Below the pieces are notes generated by a model. The model saw only the letters and a program-made list of their open reading frames with translations. It searched no databases and was not told the origin of the DNA. The position numbers and the translations under genes are program-made. A stretch of 64,000 nt of DNA from an uncultured Alphaproteobacteria bacterium (lineage in GTDB: Bacteria; Pseudomonadota; Alphaproteobacteria; Rhizobiales; Xanthobacteraceae), in assembly GCA_963749815.1 (NCBI GenBank), contig CAVVON010000021.1:293469-357468 (forward strand), written 5' to 3'. Below are positions 24,412 to 32,768 of the stretch, piece by piece. Every line of letters starts with the position of its first letter. Positions within the stretch are counted from its first letter, which is position 1.

Positions 24412-25377
24412 ATGACGCGATGGTGGATCGCAGCTGGACTCACGCTCGCAGGCATCGCCGGCGCGTCGGCGCAGAATTATCCGGCGCGCCCGCTGACATT
24501 GATCGTGCCGTATCCGGCCGGCGGGCCGTCCGACACCTTGGCGCGCGTGTTCGTCGAGGGCCTGCGCGTTCAGCTCGGACAGTCGGTGGTGATCGAGAAC
24601 GTCACCGGGGCCGGTGGCTCGATTGGCGTCGGCCGCGTCGCGCGCGCGGCGCCCGACGGCTACACGCTGAGCCTCGGCCACGTGCAGACCCATGTCATCA
24701 ACGCCGCGACGCAGAATCTGCAATACGACGTGGTGAAGGACTTCGAGCCGGTGTCGCTGATCGCCGACACGCCGCAATGGCTGGTGGTGCGCAACAGCTT
24801 GCCCGCGACCGTGCGCGAGCTGATCGCCTGGATGAAGGCCAATCCCGGCAAGGCGACATCCGGCGCGGTCGGCGTCGGCGGCCCGACCGATATTGCGGCG
24901 GTATCGTTCCAGAAGCAGACCGGCACGGCGTTCCAGCTCGTGCCGTATCGCGGCGGTGCGCCGCTGCTGCAGGACCTGCTCGGCGGGCAGATCGACATGA
25001 CGTTCGGCCAGGCCGCGAACTATCTCGGAGCGGTGCGCGCCAATCAGATCAGGCCGCTGGCGGTGCTCGCCAAGCAGCGCTGGTGGGCCGCGCCCGACGT
25101 GCCGACCATGGACGAGGCCGGCGTGCCCGGGCTCTATTCGTCGTTCTGGCACGGGCTGTGGGTGCCGAAGGGCACGCCCGCCGACGTGATCGCGCGGCTC
25201 AACGCGGCGGTCGTCGCCGCGCTCGCCGATCCGATGGTGCAGCAGCGCTTCCGCGACATCGGCCAGGAGATCTGGCCGCGCGAGATGCAGACGCCGGCGG
25301 CGCTCGCCGCCTATCAGAAGGCCGAGATCGAGCGCTGGTGGCCGGTCATCAAGGCGGCCGGCATCAAGGCGGAGTGA
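24412..25377 (+). CDS. Bug/TctC-family substrate-binding protein, copy 7 (intact)
   Basis: MTRWWIAAGLTLAGIAGASAQNYPARPLTLIVPYPAGGPSD...YQKAEIERWWPVIKAAGIKAE*. Only 15 nt after copy 6. Confidence 0.9.
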   Translation: MTRWWIAAGLTLAGIAGASAQNYPARPLTLIVPYPAGGPSDTLARVFVEGLRVQLGQSVVIENVTGAGGSIGVGRVARAAPDGYTLSLGHVQTHVINAATQNLQYDVVKDFEPVSLIADTPQWLVVRNSLPATVRELIAWMKANPGKATSGAVGVGGPTDIAAVSFQKQTGTAFQLVPYRGGAPLLQDLLGGQIDMTFGQAANYLGAVRANQIRPLAVLAKQRWWAAPDVPTMDEAGVPGLYSSFWHGLWVPKGTPADVIARLNAAVVAALADPMVQQRFRDIGQEIWPREMQTPAALAAYQKAEIERWWPVIKAAGIKAE

Positions 25378-25513
25378 TGCGGATGAACAATGCGCGGCGC
25401 GCTTTCTCCGCTCGTCCGCGAAAGCGGGGATCCAGTTCTTGAGAAGCGCTGGATGCCCGCGTCCGCGGGCATGAGCGGAAGCGACGAGCCGCAGTCAAAG
25501 CGGGAGGAACGAG

Positions 25514-26487
25514 ATGAAATCGATCTGCGCTTTCCTTGTCATGGCGGCGGCGCTGACGCGCCGGTACGGCATCGGCACAGACGAACTATCCCGAGCAGCC
25601 GATCCGCATCCTGGTCGGCTTCACGCCGGGCGTCGCGCCGGACATCACCTCGCGCCTGCTCGGCGATAAGTTCACCGCCGCCTGGGGCAAGCCCGTGGTG
25701 GTCGACAACGTCACCGGCGCGGGCGGCAACATCGCGGTCGAGCGCACCGCGCGCGCCGCGCCCGACGGCTACACGCTGGTGATGGGCGGCAACGCCTCGC
25801 TGATCTTCAACGTCAGCCTGATGGACAAGCTGCCGTACGATCCGATCAAGGATTTCGCGCCGATCACGCAGGTGTTCATCGCCGCCAACGTGCTGGTGGT
25901 GCATCCGAGCCTGCCGGTGAACTCGATCCCCGAGCTGATCGCCTACGCCAAGGCCAATCCCGGCAAGCTGACCTATGGCCATGCCGGCGCCGGCACCTCG
26001 CAGCATCTCGGCATGGAGCTGTTCAAGTCGGTCGACCGGCATCGACGTGCAGGCGGTCGCCTATCGCGGCACCACCGCGCTGCTGCCGGACCTGCTGTCG
26101 GGACGCGTATCGATGGCGTTCGGCAACATCGTCAACGTTCCGCCGCTGATCAAGGAAGGGAAGCTCCGCGCCTTCGCGGTCTCGTCGCGCAAGCGCTCGG
26201 CGGTGCTGCCGGACATGCCGACCATGATCGAGATGGGCTATCCGGATTTCGAGGCGGTGCCCTGGTTCGGGCTGATGGCGCCGGTCGGGACCTCGCCGGC
26301 GATCGTGCGGAAGCTGCATGACGAGACCGTGAAAGTGCTGGCGATGCCCGACGTCAAGACGCAGCTCAACGAGCTCGGCCTCGACCTGGTCGGCAACACG
26401 CCCGAGGAATTCGCCGCGGTGATCGCGCGCGAAATCCCGCAATGGGCCAAGGTCATCAAGGGCGCGGGCATCAAGATGAGCGAGTAG
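25514..26487 (+). CDS. Bug/TctC-family substrate-binding protein, copy 8 (divergent subtype); two frameshifts (about 25560, about 26033)
   Basis: MKSICAFLVMAAAL... then AQTNYPEQPIRILVGFTPGVAPDITSR...NVTGAGGNIAV... then TGIDVQAVAYRGTTALLPDLLSGRV...IPQWAKVIKGAGIKMSE*. Confidence 0.85.
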
Positions 26488-26568
26488 CCGCCTCAAGCCT
26501 TCACGTCCTGGTGAACCTTTTGATTTTGGCTGCGTTGCAAGACGCGGCCCTATACCGTCGCCAAAGAA

Positions 26569-27624
26569 TTGCCGTGGTGCGGGCCGCTGATGGCGCCGAC
26601 TCAGGCGAGGAGGCGTTTGTTGGCGATATCGGACCTGATTTTTTTGCGGAACTGGCAATCTCGTCTCGCGCTCGGTTTCCTCCTCGGCACATTGCCTGTT
26701 TTCTGGTCAGGTGGCGCATTCGCGCAGGCCAAGAAGCACTACTGGGCGACCAGCCTGAGCGGCACCGTCGACTCCAATATTCTGCAAGGCTTGCAGGACG
26801 CGGTCGCGCGCGGCGAGCAGGGCTGGCTCGACGTCTCGCGCCGGGCGTCCGATGCGGCGCGGGCGCCGGGGATCAACCTCATCCTGTATCACGTCGGCGG
26901 CAATTGCCGGATCGGCAACGATTGCAGCCGGTTCCCCGCGACCCAGCCGACCCGCGACGGCTGGAGCGACAGCGAACGCGCCGTCGATCTCACCGACCCG
27001 CAGGTCAGGACCATCGTGGTCGCCGATCTTCTCCGGATCGTGCAGAACGCCGACCAGATCGCGCCGCCGGGCGCGACCGTGGGCGTGCATCTCGATAATG
27101 TTCACCGGCTCGATGCCGACGGCCTCGCGAAGATCTTCAACGAGTATCTGCACGCGGTCGAGGCCGCCAGGCAGCAGGGCCTGATCTCCAAGGGCCGCGC
27201 CGTCGGCTACATCGCCAAGAACAATCCGGCGGCCTTCGCGCGCGCGCTCGAGGAGCGCTCGCTCGAGGCGCTGCCGCTCTACCAGATCAACGAGAACGCG
27301 ACCTTGAGTCCGGACGGCGCGCTCGACCGCGCCTCGCGCATCGCGCAGCAGAACGGGCGGCGCTACGGCATTCCGGTGTTCCTCAAGACCTTCGGCACCG
27401 ACGTCGCCCATACGGTCGACCAGACCGGCGCGCCGACGCGGGTCTACGTCTCGCCCGAGATGACGCGGCAGATGGCGCAGTTGCCGGACATTTCCGGCGC
27501 CGCCTGGTCGCCCGACGAGCGGCGCTACCAGCCGACGCTGTTTGCGCAGGGCGCCGCGGTCGAGGGGCCGCTGCCGTATCGCAGCCGGACCGCGAGCGAC
27601 GACGACGGCCGTAGGGCGCAATAA
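26569..27624 (+). CDS. Hypothetical secreted protein, possibly a GH114-like TIM-barrel glycosidase fold (weak)
   Basis: Intact ORF with signal-like LALGFLLGTLPVFWSGGAFAQA. ILYHVGGNC...DLTDPQVR...GVHLDNVHRLDADG...VGYIAKNN recalls endo-alpha-1,4-polygalactosaminidase-type families. The true start is uncertain. Confidence 0.4.
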   Translation: MPWCGPLMAPTQARRRLLAISDLIFLRNWQSRLALGFLLGTLPVFWSGGAFAQAKKHYWATSLSGTVDSNILQGLQDAVARGEQGWLDVSRRASDAARAPGINLILYHVGGNCRIGNDCSRFPATQPTRDGWSDSERAVDLTDPQVRTIVVADLLRIVQNADQIAPPGATVGVHLDNVHRLDADGLAKIFNEYLHAVEAARQQGLISKGRAVGYIAKNNPAAFARALEERSLEALPLYQINENATLSPDGALDRASRIAQQNGRRYGIPVFLKTFGTDVAHTVDQTGAPTRVYVSPEMTRQMAQLPDISGAAWSPDERRYQPTLFAQGAAVEGPLPYRSRTASDDDGRRAQ

Positions 27625-27643
27625 ACGGAGCGCATTGCGCCGT
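27611..27643. repeat. 33-nt REP hairpin unit (reverse orientation), overlaps the stop codon of the 26569..27624 ORF
   Basis: Its reverse complement acggcgcaatgcgctccgtttattgcgccctac matches 28101-28133 at 31/33 positions. Internal stem is GGCGCAAT/ATTGCGCC. Confidence 0.65.
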
Positions 27644-27818
27644 CCACGCTCCGCATATTGCGCCCCACTGGCTGCGTGCCAGTGTGCGCAAGATCGGTTG
27701 GATCGCGGCTGTTGAGTGATCGGTGGGGTTCACGCGGGCATCGGCCGGGTGCATAGTCTGGGTGCAGACTTGCCGTCACATGCAGGCCGCAAGATCGCAA
27801 TGATGTAAGGAAATCGAA

Positions 27819-28037
27819 ATGACGATCACTTTTCTTGCGGTTCCAATTGTGGCGTTATCTCTTCTGGCAATTGCAACGCCTTCCGTCGCCGCAGATCGAG
27901 ACCAGTGTTACCGTACATGCGCCATTGAGCGCTGCGAGGCCCGGTACGCGTGCGATCAGCCCAATGCGGGCCGCAATTGCTTCACCAACCTCAATCAGTG
28001 CAGATCATTTTGCCGGAGAGTTGTCTGCGGGACTTGA
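27819..28037 (+). CDS. Small secreted cysteine-rich protein (72 aa, 8 Cys in the predicted mature part)
   Basis: RBS aaggaa 7 nt upstream of the ATG. Signal peptide MTITFLAVPIVALSLLAIATPSVAA. Mature part DRDQCYRTCAIERCEARYACDQPNAGRNCFTNLNQCRSFCRRVVCGT. Local GC is visibly lower. Confidence 0.5.
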   Translation: MTITFLAVPIVALSLLAIATPSVAADRDQCYRTCAIERCEARYACDQPNAGRNCFTNLNQCRSFCRRVVCGT

Positions 28038-28100
28038 TGGGCTACGTTGCACGCTTGGTGTAATCGCAGTCCGTTCGCATTCGACCGGTGCCGCCACCAA

Positions 28101-28133
28101 ACGGCGCAATGCGCTTCGCTTATTGCGCCCTAC
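28101..28133. repeat. 33-nt REP hairpin unit (forward orientation), 2 nt beyond the hisG stop
   Basis: acggcgcaatgcgcttcgcttattgcgccctac. Inverted partner of 27611-27643. Confidence 0.65.
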
Positions 28134-28134
28134 G

Positions 28135-29112
28135 CTAACCCAACCCCGCCTCGAGCTTCGCGTACAGCGGATTCGTCGCGCGAAAACACGTAGCCGATGT
28201 CCGCGACCACGACATTCTCGGCGCCCTTGTCGCGCAGAAACGTCGCGAGCGCGTGCACGCGCGCCGGCGGGCAGTGCAGCGTCAGCATGCCGGACGAGGT
28301 CGGGCCGCCGAACGGCGAGGCGACGCCGAAACGTTCGCGCGCTTCCGCGAGCAGCGCGTCGTCGCAGCCGGCAAAGCGCGTGCGCACCTCGCGGAACTGG
28401 CGGCGCGCGCGCCTCGCGCGGCGATGCGGTCGAGCACGGTGCGGGCGATGCTGCGCTCGGCCGCGCCCCAGGTCGCGCCGCGCGCGGCCACGAGGTTCGC
28501 CTGCGAGCGCAGGATCACGCCGTCGTCGATCACGCGCAGCCCGTTGGCGGCGAGCGTCGCGCCGGTGGTGGTGATGTCGACGATCAGCTCGGCGGTGCCG
28601 GCGGCGGGCGCCGCCTCGGTCGCGCCCGAGCTTTCGACGATGCGGTAGTCGGTGACGCCGTGCCCGGAGAAGAAACCGCGCGTCAGGTTCACGTATTTGG
28701 TGGCGAGCCGCATCTTGCGGCCGTGCTTGAGCCGGAACGCGGTCGCGACGTCGTCGAGATCGGCCATCGCGTGCACGTCGATCCAGGCCTGCGGCACCGC
28801 CACCACCACGTTGGCGTGGCCGAAGCCGAGCTGGTCGACGAACACCACGCGCCGGTCGGCGTCGACGATCTTCTCGCGGATCAGGTCCTCGCCGGTCAGC
28901 CCGAAATGCACCGCGCCCTGCGCCAGGAGGTCGGCGATCTCGCTCGACGACAGATAGGCGACCTCGACGCCCGGGATGCCCGCGATGGTGCCGCGATAGT
29001 CGCGCTCGCCGCGCGGCTTGACGAATTCGAGCCCGGCGCGCGCGAAGAACGCCAGCGCATTGTCGTGCAGCCGGCCCTTCGACGGCACCGCGATGATGAA
29101 CGGCGCGCTCAT
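28135..29112 (-). CDS. hisG: ATP phosphoribosyltransferase catalytic subunit, about 325 aa with a C-terminal extension; two apparent frameshifts (about 28400, about 28181)
   Basis: [30 protein letters not shown]...[21 protein letters not shown]... The C-terminal piece [21 protein letters not shown]...[12 protein letters not shown], then [12 protein letters not shown], lies in shifted frames. The ATG overlaps the hisZ stop (ATGA). Confidence 0.85.
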
Positions 29113-30258
29113 GCGGCGCCCCGCACGGCCGCGAGCCGCTCGATCCCGGCGGCGAAGCCGACGGCCGGGATCGGCGCGGCGCTGCCGAGCCGCGTCAGCA
29201 GCCCGTCGTAGCGTCCGCCCGCGACCAGCTGGCCGTTGCCGCTTGCGCTCGGACCATGCAGCTCGAACACGAAGCCGGTGTAGTAGTCGAAGCCGCGGCC
29301 GAAGGCGGTGGCGAAGCGGATGCGCGAGACGTCGACGCCGCGCGCCGCCAGAAACCCGGTGCGGCTCTCGAACAGATCGAGCGCCTGGTCGAGCCCGATC
29401 CTGGCGTCGGCGGCGAGCGTGCGCAGCTCGCCCGCGGCCGCGTCGGGATCGCCGGCGATGGCGAGAAAGCGCTTGATCAGCGCGGCGACCTCGTGCGGCA
29501 GGCCCGAGCCGCGAGCCGAGCGCCGCCTGTTCGAGAAAGCGGTCGGCGATCTCGCCGACCGTGCGCCCGCCGACCGTGCTGATGCCGGCGATCGAGAGCA
29601 GATCGGTGACCAGCGCGTGCGCGCCCTTCGGATCGGAGCCGGCGAGCGCCGCCAGCACGCCCTGATATTCCGGCCGCTCCTGCGCGGCGATCACGGCGAG
29701 CCGTTCGAGATCGTGCGCCAGGTTGCTCTTGCGGTTGAAGTCCTTCATCAGCCGGCGCTTCCACGGCGGCGCGAGTTCGAGCGCGCCGATCAGTGCGGCG
29801 AACAGGCCGACGTCGCCGGTGCGGATGTCGGGCTGGGCGAGGCCGTAGTGGCTGGTCGCTTCGAGCGCGAGCGCCAGCATCTCGGCGTCGGCGGCCGCGG
29901 TGTCGGCGCGGCCGAACGATTCGATGCCGGCCTGCAGGATCTCGCTCGGGCCTTCGTCGCGATGGCGGAACACCGGTCCGAGATAGCAATAGCCCTGCGG
30001 CTTGCCCGCCGCCGGCGAGGCCAGGTAGTCGCGCGACACCGGGATGGTCAGGTCGGGCCGCAGGCACAGCTCCTGGCCGTGCGGATCGCTGGTGAGGAAC
30101 ATGCGCTTGCGGATGTCCTCGCCCGAGAGGTCGAGGAACGGCTCCGCCGGCTGCAGGATCGCGGGCGCGACGCGCGCATAGCCGGCCCGCTCGAAGGACG
30201 CGATCAGCGCGTCCGCCGAGGCATCGGCGCTGGCAGCACGGGTCGGCACGGTCGTCAT
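29109..30258 (-). CDS. hisZ: ATP phosphoribosyltransferase regulatory subunit (HisRS paralogue); one apparent frameshift about 29510
   Basis: ...[46 protein letters not shown]... The C-terminal part [12 protein letters not shown]...[12 protein letters not shown] is in another frame. Confidence 0.8.
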
Positions 30259-30367
30259 GGTGATCAGGCCTTTGGGCGGCGGCGATCTAGCATGGTTCGA
30301 GGGTTAATTTCGACGCCAAACCGCCGACGGGCTTAACGTAATCTGTGGCCGCGGCGCGTGCCGGGCC

Positions 30368-31120
30368 TCACCGCCAGTCGCCGAGCGCGGCCTGCACCAG
30401 CGCCAGCGCCGCCACCGCGGCGGTGTCGGCGCGCAGGATGCGCGGCCCGAGCGCCAGCCGCACCACCTTGGGCGACTTGAGCAGGAGGGTGCGCTCGTCC
30501 TCGGCGAAGCCGCCCTCGGGTCCGACCAGCACGTCGACGGCCGCCGGCCCGTCCGGACCGCGCATGGCCGCGAGCGCCGCGAGGGGGTCCTTCACCTCGG
30601 CGTCCTCGTCGCAGAACACCAGCAGGCGATGGCCGTCACGGGCGGCGATCGCGCGCTCGAGGTCGAGCGGGGGCTGGATATCCGGAAGCGTCAGGATGCC
30701 GCACTGCTCGGCCGCCTCGATGGCGTTCGCCCGCATGCGGTCGAGATTGACCCGGGCGGCCTGCGAATGGCGGGTCAGGACCGGCTGCAGGCTGGAAACG
30801 CCCATCTCGACGGCCTTCTGGACCATGTAGTCCAGCCGCGCGTGCTTGAGCGGGGCGAACAGGTAGTTCAGGTCGATGGGACGGGTCTGCGGCCGTGTTT
30901 GCTCGGCCAGGACAAGCGAAAGCTTGCGTTTTCCGGCGATTTCCAGCGTTCCGCGCCACTCCCCGTCGCGCCCGTTGAACAGGAGCACGCCGTCGCCGGC
31001 CTTGAGGCGGAGCACGTTGCCGAGGTAGTTCGCCTGCCCGCCATCGAGCGCCACGCTGGCGCCCGCCGACAGGGGCTCCGCGACGTAGAGGCGGGGGGAT
31101 CGGAAATCGTAGCGCGCCAC
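30368..31120 (-). CDS. rsmE: 16S rRNA (uracil1498-N3)-methyltransferase
   Basis: Intact 250-aa ORF MARYDFRSPRLYVAEPL...LFNGRDGEW...LVGPEGGF. Typical RsmE layout. Confidence 0.85.
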   Translation of the reverse strand: MARYDFRSPRLYVAEPLSAGASVALDGGQANYLGNVLRLKAGDGVLLFNGRDGEWRGTLEIAGKRKLSLVLAEQTRPQTRPIDLNYLFAPLKHARLDYMVQKAVEMGVSSLQPVLTRHSQAARVNLDRMRANAIEAAEQCGILTLPDIQPPLDLERAIAARDGHRLLVFCDEDAEVKDPLAALAAMRGPDGPAAVDVLVGPEGGFAEDERTLLLKSPKVVRLALGPRILRADTAAVAALALVQAALGDWR

Positions 31121-31280
31121 CGGGTTTGCGCCCCTTTTTGTGCTATTCCGGGCCGGCTTGCGGGCTGCCCAATACCCACGTTTTCGCCCGACTGCCGTGT
31201 TATCGCCGGATTCGAAAGGCCTTTATCACGCGCGGATTGGGCCGTCCGCCTTCGTTTCGGGGGACCTGAGGGGATACGCC

Positions 31281-31835
31281 ATGACGCTCAGCCGGGCCAC
31301 TGCACTCGCGCTTACGCTCGTGGTCTTGCCGCTGGGAGCGGCTCACGCGCAATTCGGCGGGATGCCCGGGATGCCGGGATCGCCCGGCATGGGATCGCCC
31401 GGCGGTGGCTTCGGTGCGGCTCCGCAGCAGCCGCCCGCCGCCTGTCAGCAACTGATCACGCTGCGCGACGAGACCCAGAAGAACGCGCAGGCGATCCAGG
31501 CCGCCGGGCAGCGGCAGAAGAAGCCGACGCCCGATGAGGCCTGCAAGCTGTTCAAGGCCTATCTCGGCTCCGAAGCCAAGATGATCAAGGCGCTGGAGCA
31601 GCAGGCGACGACCTGCGGCGTGCCGCCCGAGATGATCAAGCAGGTCAAGGCGCAGCACGGCCAGGCCGCGGCAACCGGCAAGCAGATCTGCGATGTCGCG
31701 GCGCGCGGTTCGCAGCCCACCGGGCCGAGCTTCAGCGATGCGCTCGGCACGACGCCGCTGGTGCCTGACACGAACGACCGCACCAAAGGCGGCGGCACCT
31801 TCGACACGATGACGGGCAACGCCCTGCAGCGATGA
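31281..31835 (+). CDS. Hypothetical secreted protein (Gly/Pro/Met-rich N-region, 4 Cys)
   Basis: MTLSRATALALTLVVLPLGAAHAQFGGMPGMPGSPGMGSPGGG... The stop overlaps the ubiA start (ATGA). Confidence 0.5.
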   Translation: MTLSRATALALTLVVLPLGAAHAQFGGMPGMPGSPGMGSPGGGFGAAPQQPPAACQQLITLRDETQKNAQAIQAAGQRQKKPTPDEACKLFKAYLGSEAKMIKALEQQATTCGVPPEMIKQVKAQHGQAAATGKQICDVAARGSQPTGPSFSDALGTTPLVPDTNDRTKGGGTFDTMTGNALQR

Positions 31836-32761
31836 GCACCGGCGCGGGCCGCGTCGCCGATTCCACCGGAAACTGGGTCGACGGTCTCGCGCCGTCCTGG
31901 ACGCGTCCGTATCTGCGGCTCGCGCGGCTCGACCGCCCGATCGGCTCGTGGCTGTTGCTGCTGCCGTGCTGGTGGTCGGTCGGTCTTGCGGCGGTCGCCG
32001 CGCGTCAGCCGGTCAATCTGTGGCACGTGCTGCTGTTCTTCATCGGCGCCTTCGCGATGCGCGGCGCCGGCTGCACCTGGAACGACATCGTCGACCGCGA
32101 TCTCGACGGCAAGGTCGAGCGCACGCGCTCGCGGCCGATCCCGTCGGGCCAGGTGACGGTCGGCCAGGCCGCGGCCTTCCTGGTCGTGCAGGCGCTGATC
32201 GGGCTCGCGGTGCTGGTCCAGTTCAACCGGTTCGCGGTCATGTGCGGGATCGCCTCGCTTGCGGTGGTCGCGGTCTACCCGTTCATGAAGCGGTTCACCT
32301 ATTGGCCGCAGATCGGGCTCGGCCTCGCCTTCTCGTGGGGCGCGCTGATGGGCTGGGCGGCCGCCTTCGGCCGGCTCGGTCCGCCGGCCTATCTGCTCTA
32401 TGCCGGCTCGATCGCCTGGGTGATCGGCTACGACACGATCTACGCCCACCAGGACCGCGAGGACGACGCGCTGATCGGCATCAAGTCGACGGCGCTGTTG
32501 TTCGGCGCGCACACCAAGCCGATGCTGGCGATGTTCTACGCGCTCGCGGTCGTGCTGATTGCGTTCGCCGGCCTGAGCGCCGGCGGCGGCCTCGTGTTCG
32601 CGTTCGGGCTCGCGCTGTTTGCCGCGCATCTCGCCTGGCAGATCGCGCGGCTCGACATCGGCGATCCGGTCAACTGTCTGGTCGTGTTCAAGTCGAACCG
32701 CGACGCCGGGCTGATCCTGTTCGCGGCGCTCGCGGCCGACGCCGTCGCGCCGCTGATGTGA
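31832..32761 (+). CDS. ubiA: 4-hydroxybenzoate polyprenyltransferase
   Basis: Intact 309-aa ORF. Asp-rich motif GAGCTWNDIVDRDLDGKVERTRSRP. Multiple TM helices. Confidence 0.9.
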   Translation: MSTGAGRVADSTGNWVDGLAPSWTRPYLRLARLDRPIGSWLLLLPCWWSVGLAAVAARQPVNLWHVLLFFIGAFAMRGAGCTWNDIVDRDLDGKVERTRSRPIPSGQVTVGQAAAFLVVQALIGLAVLVQFNRFAVMCGIASLAVVAVYPFMKRFTYWPQIGLGLAFSWGALMGWAAAFGRLGPPAYLLYAGSIAWVIGYDTIYAHQDREDDALIGIKSTALLFGAHTKPMLAMFYALAVVLIAFAGLSAGGGLVFAFGLALFAAHLAWQIARLDIGDPVNCLVVFKSNRDAGLILFAALAADAVAPLM

Positions 32762-32768
32762 CGAAGAG

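Noticed and set aside
23152-25152. 666-aa minus-strand ORF, and similar long antisense ORFs (35750..37132, 61503..62849, 61621..62895, 28282-30258 read as one 658-aa product, 40295..42199, 52193..54208)
   Set aside because: They are either antisense or alternate frames of well-supported genes (Bug copies, pmbA, pgi, lpxK), or concatenations of adjacent real genes (hisZ+hisG, Bug11+Bug12, the xseA tail plus antisense lpxK). Their Arg/Ala/Gly/Pro-dominated composition is typical of high-GC off-frames.
19225-25377. Conserved repeat of about 45 nt recurring roughly every 1 kb (possible CRISPR-like or tandem repeat)
   Set aside because: The repeats are the conserved 3' coding ends of successive Bug genes (..F.KAEIEKWWP.IKAAGIK..). 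The spacing equals gene length, there is no short uniform spacer architecture, and there are no cas genes.
27611-28133. MITE or mobile cassette defined by the inverted 33-nt repeats
   Set aside because: Not reported as a mobile element. No target-site duplication or transposase is visible. Each repeat is itself a hairpin placed exactly where a terminator or REP for the adjacent convergent gene would be expected. It is kept only as a hypothesis in the findings.
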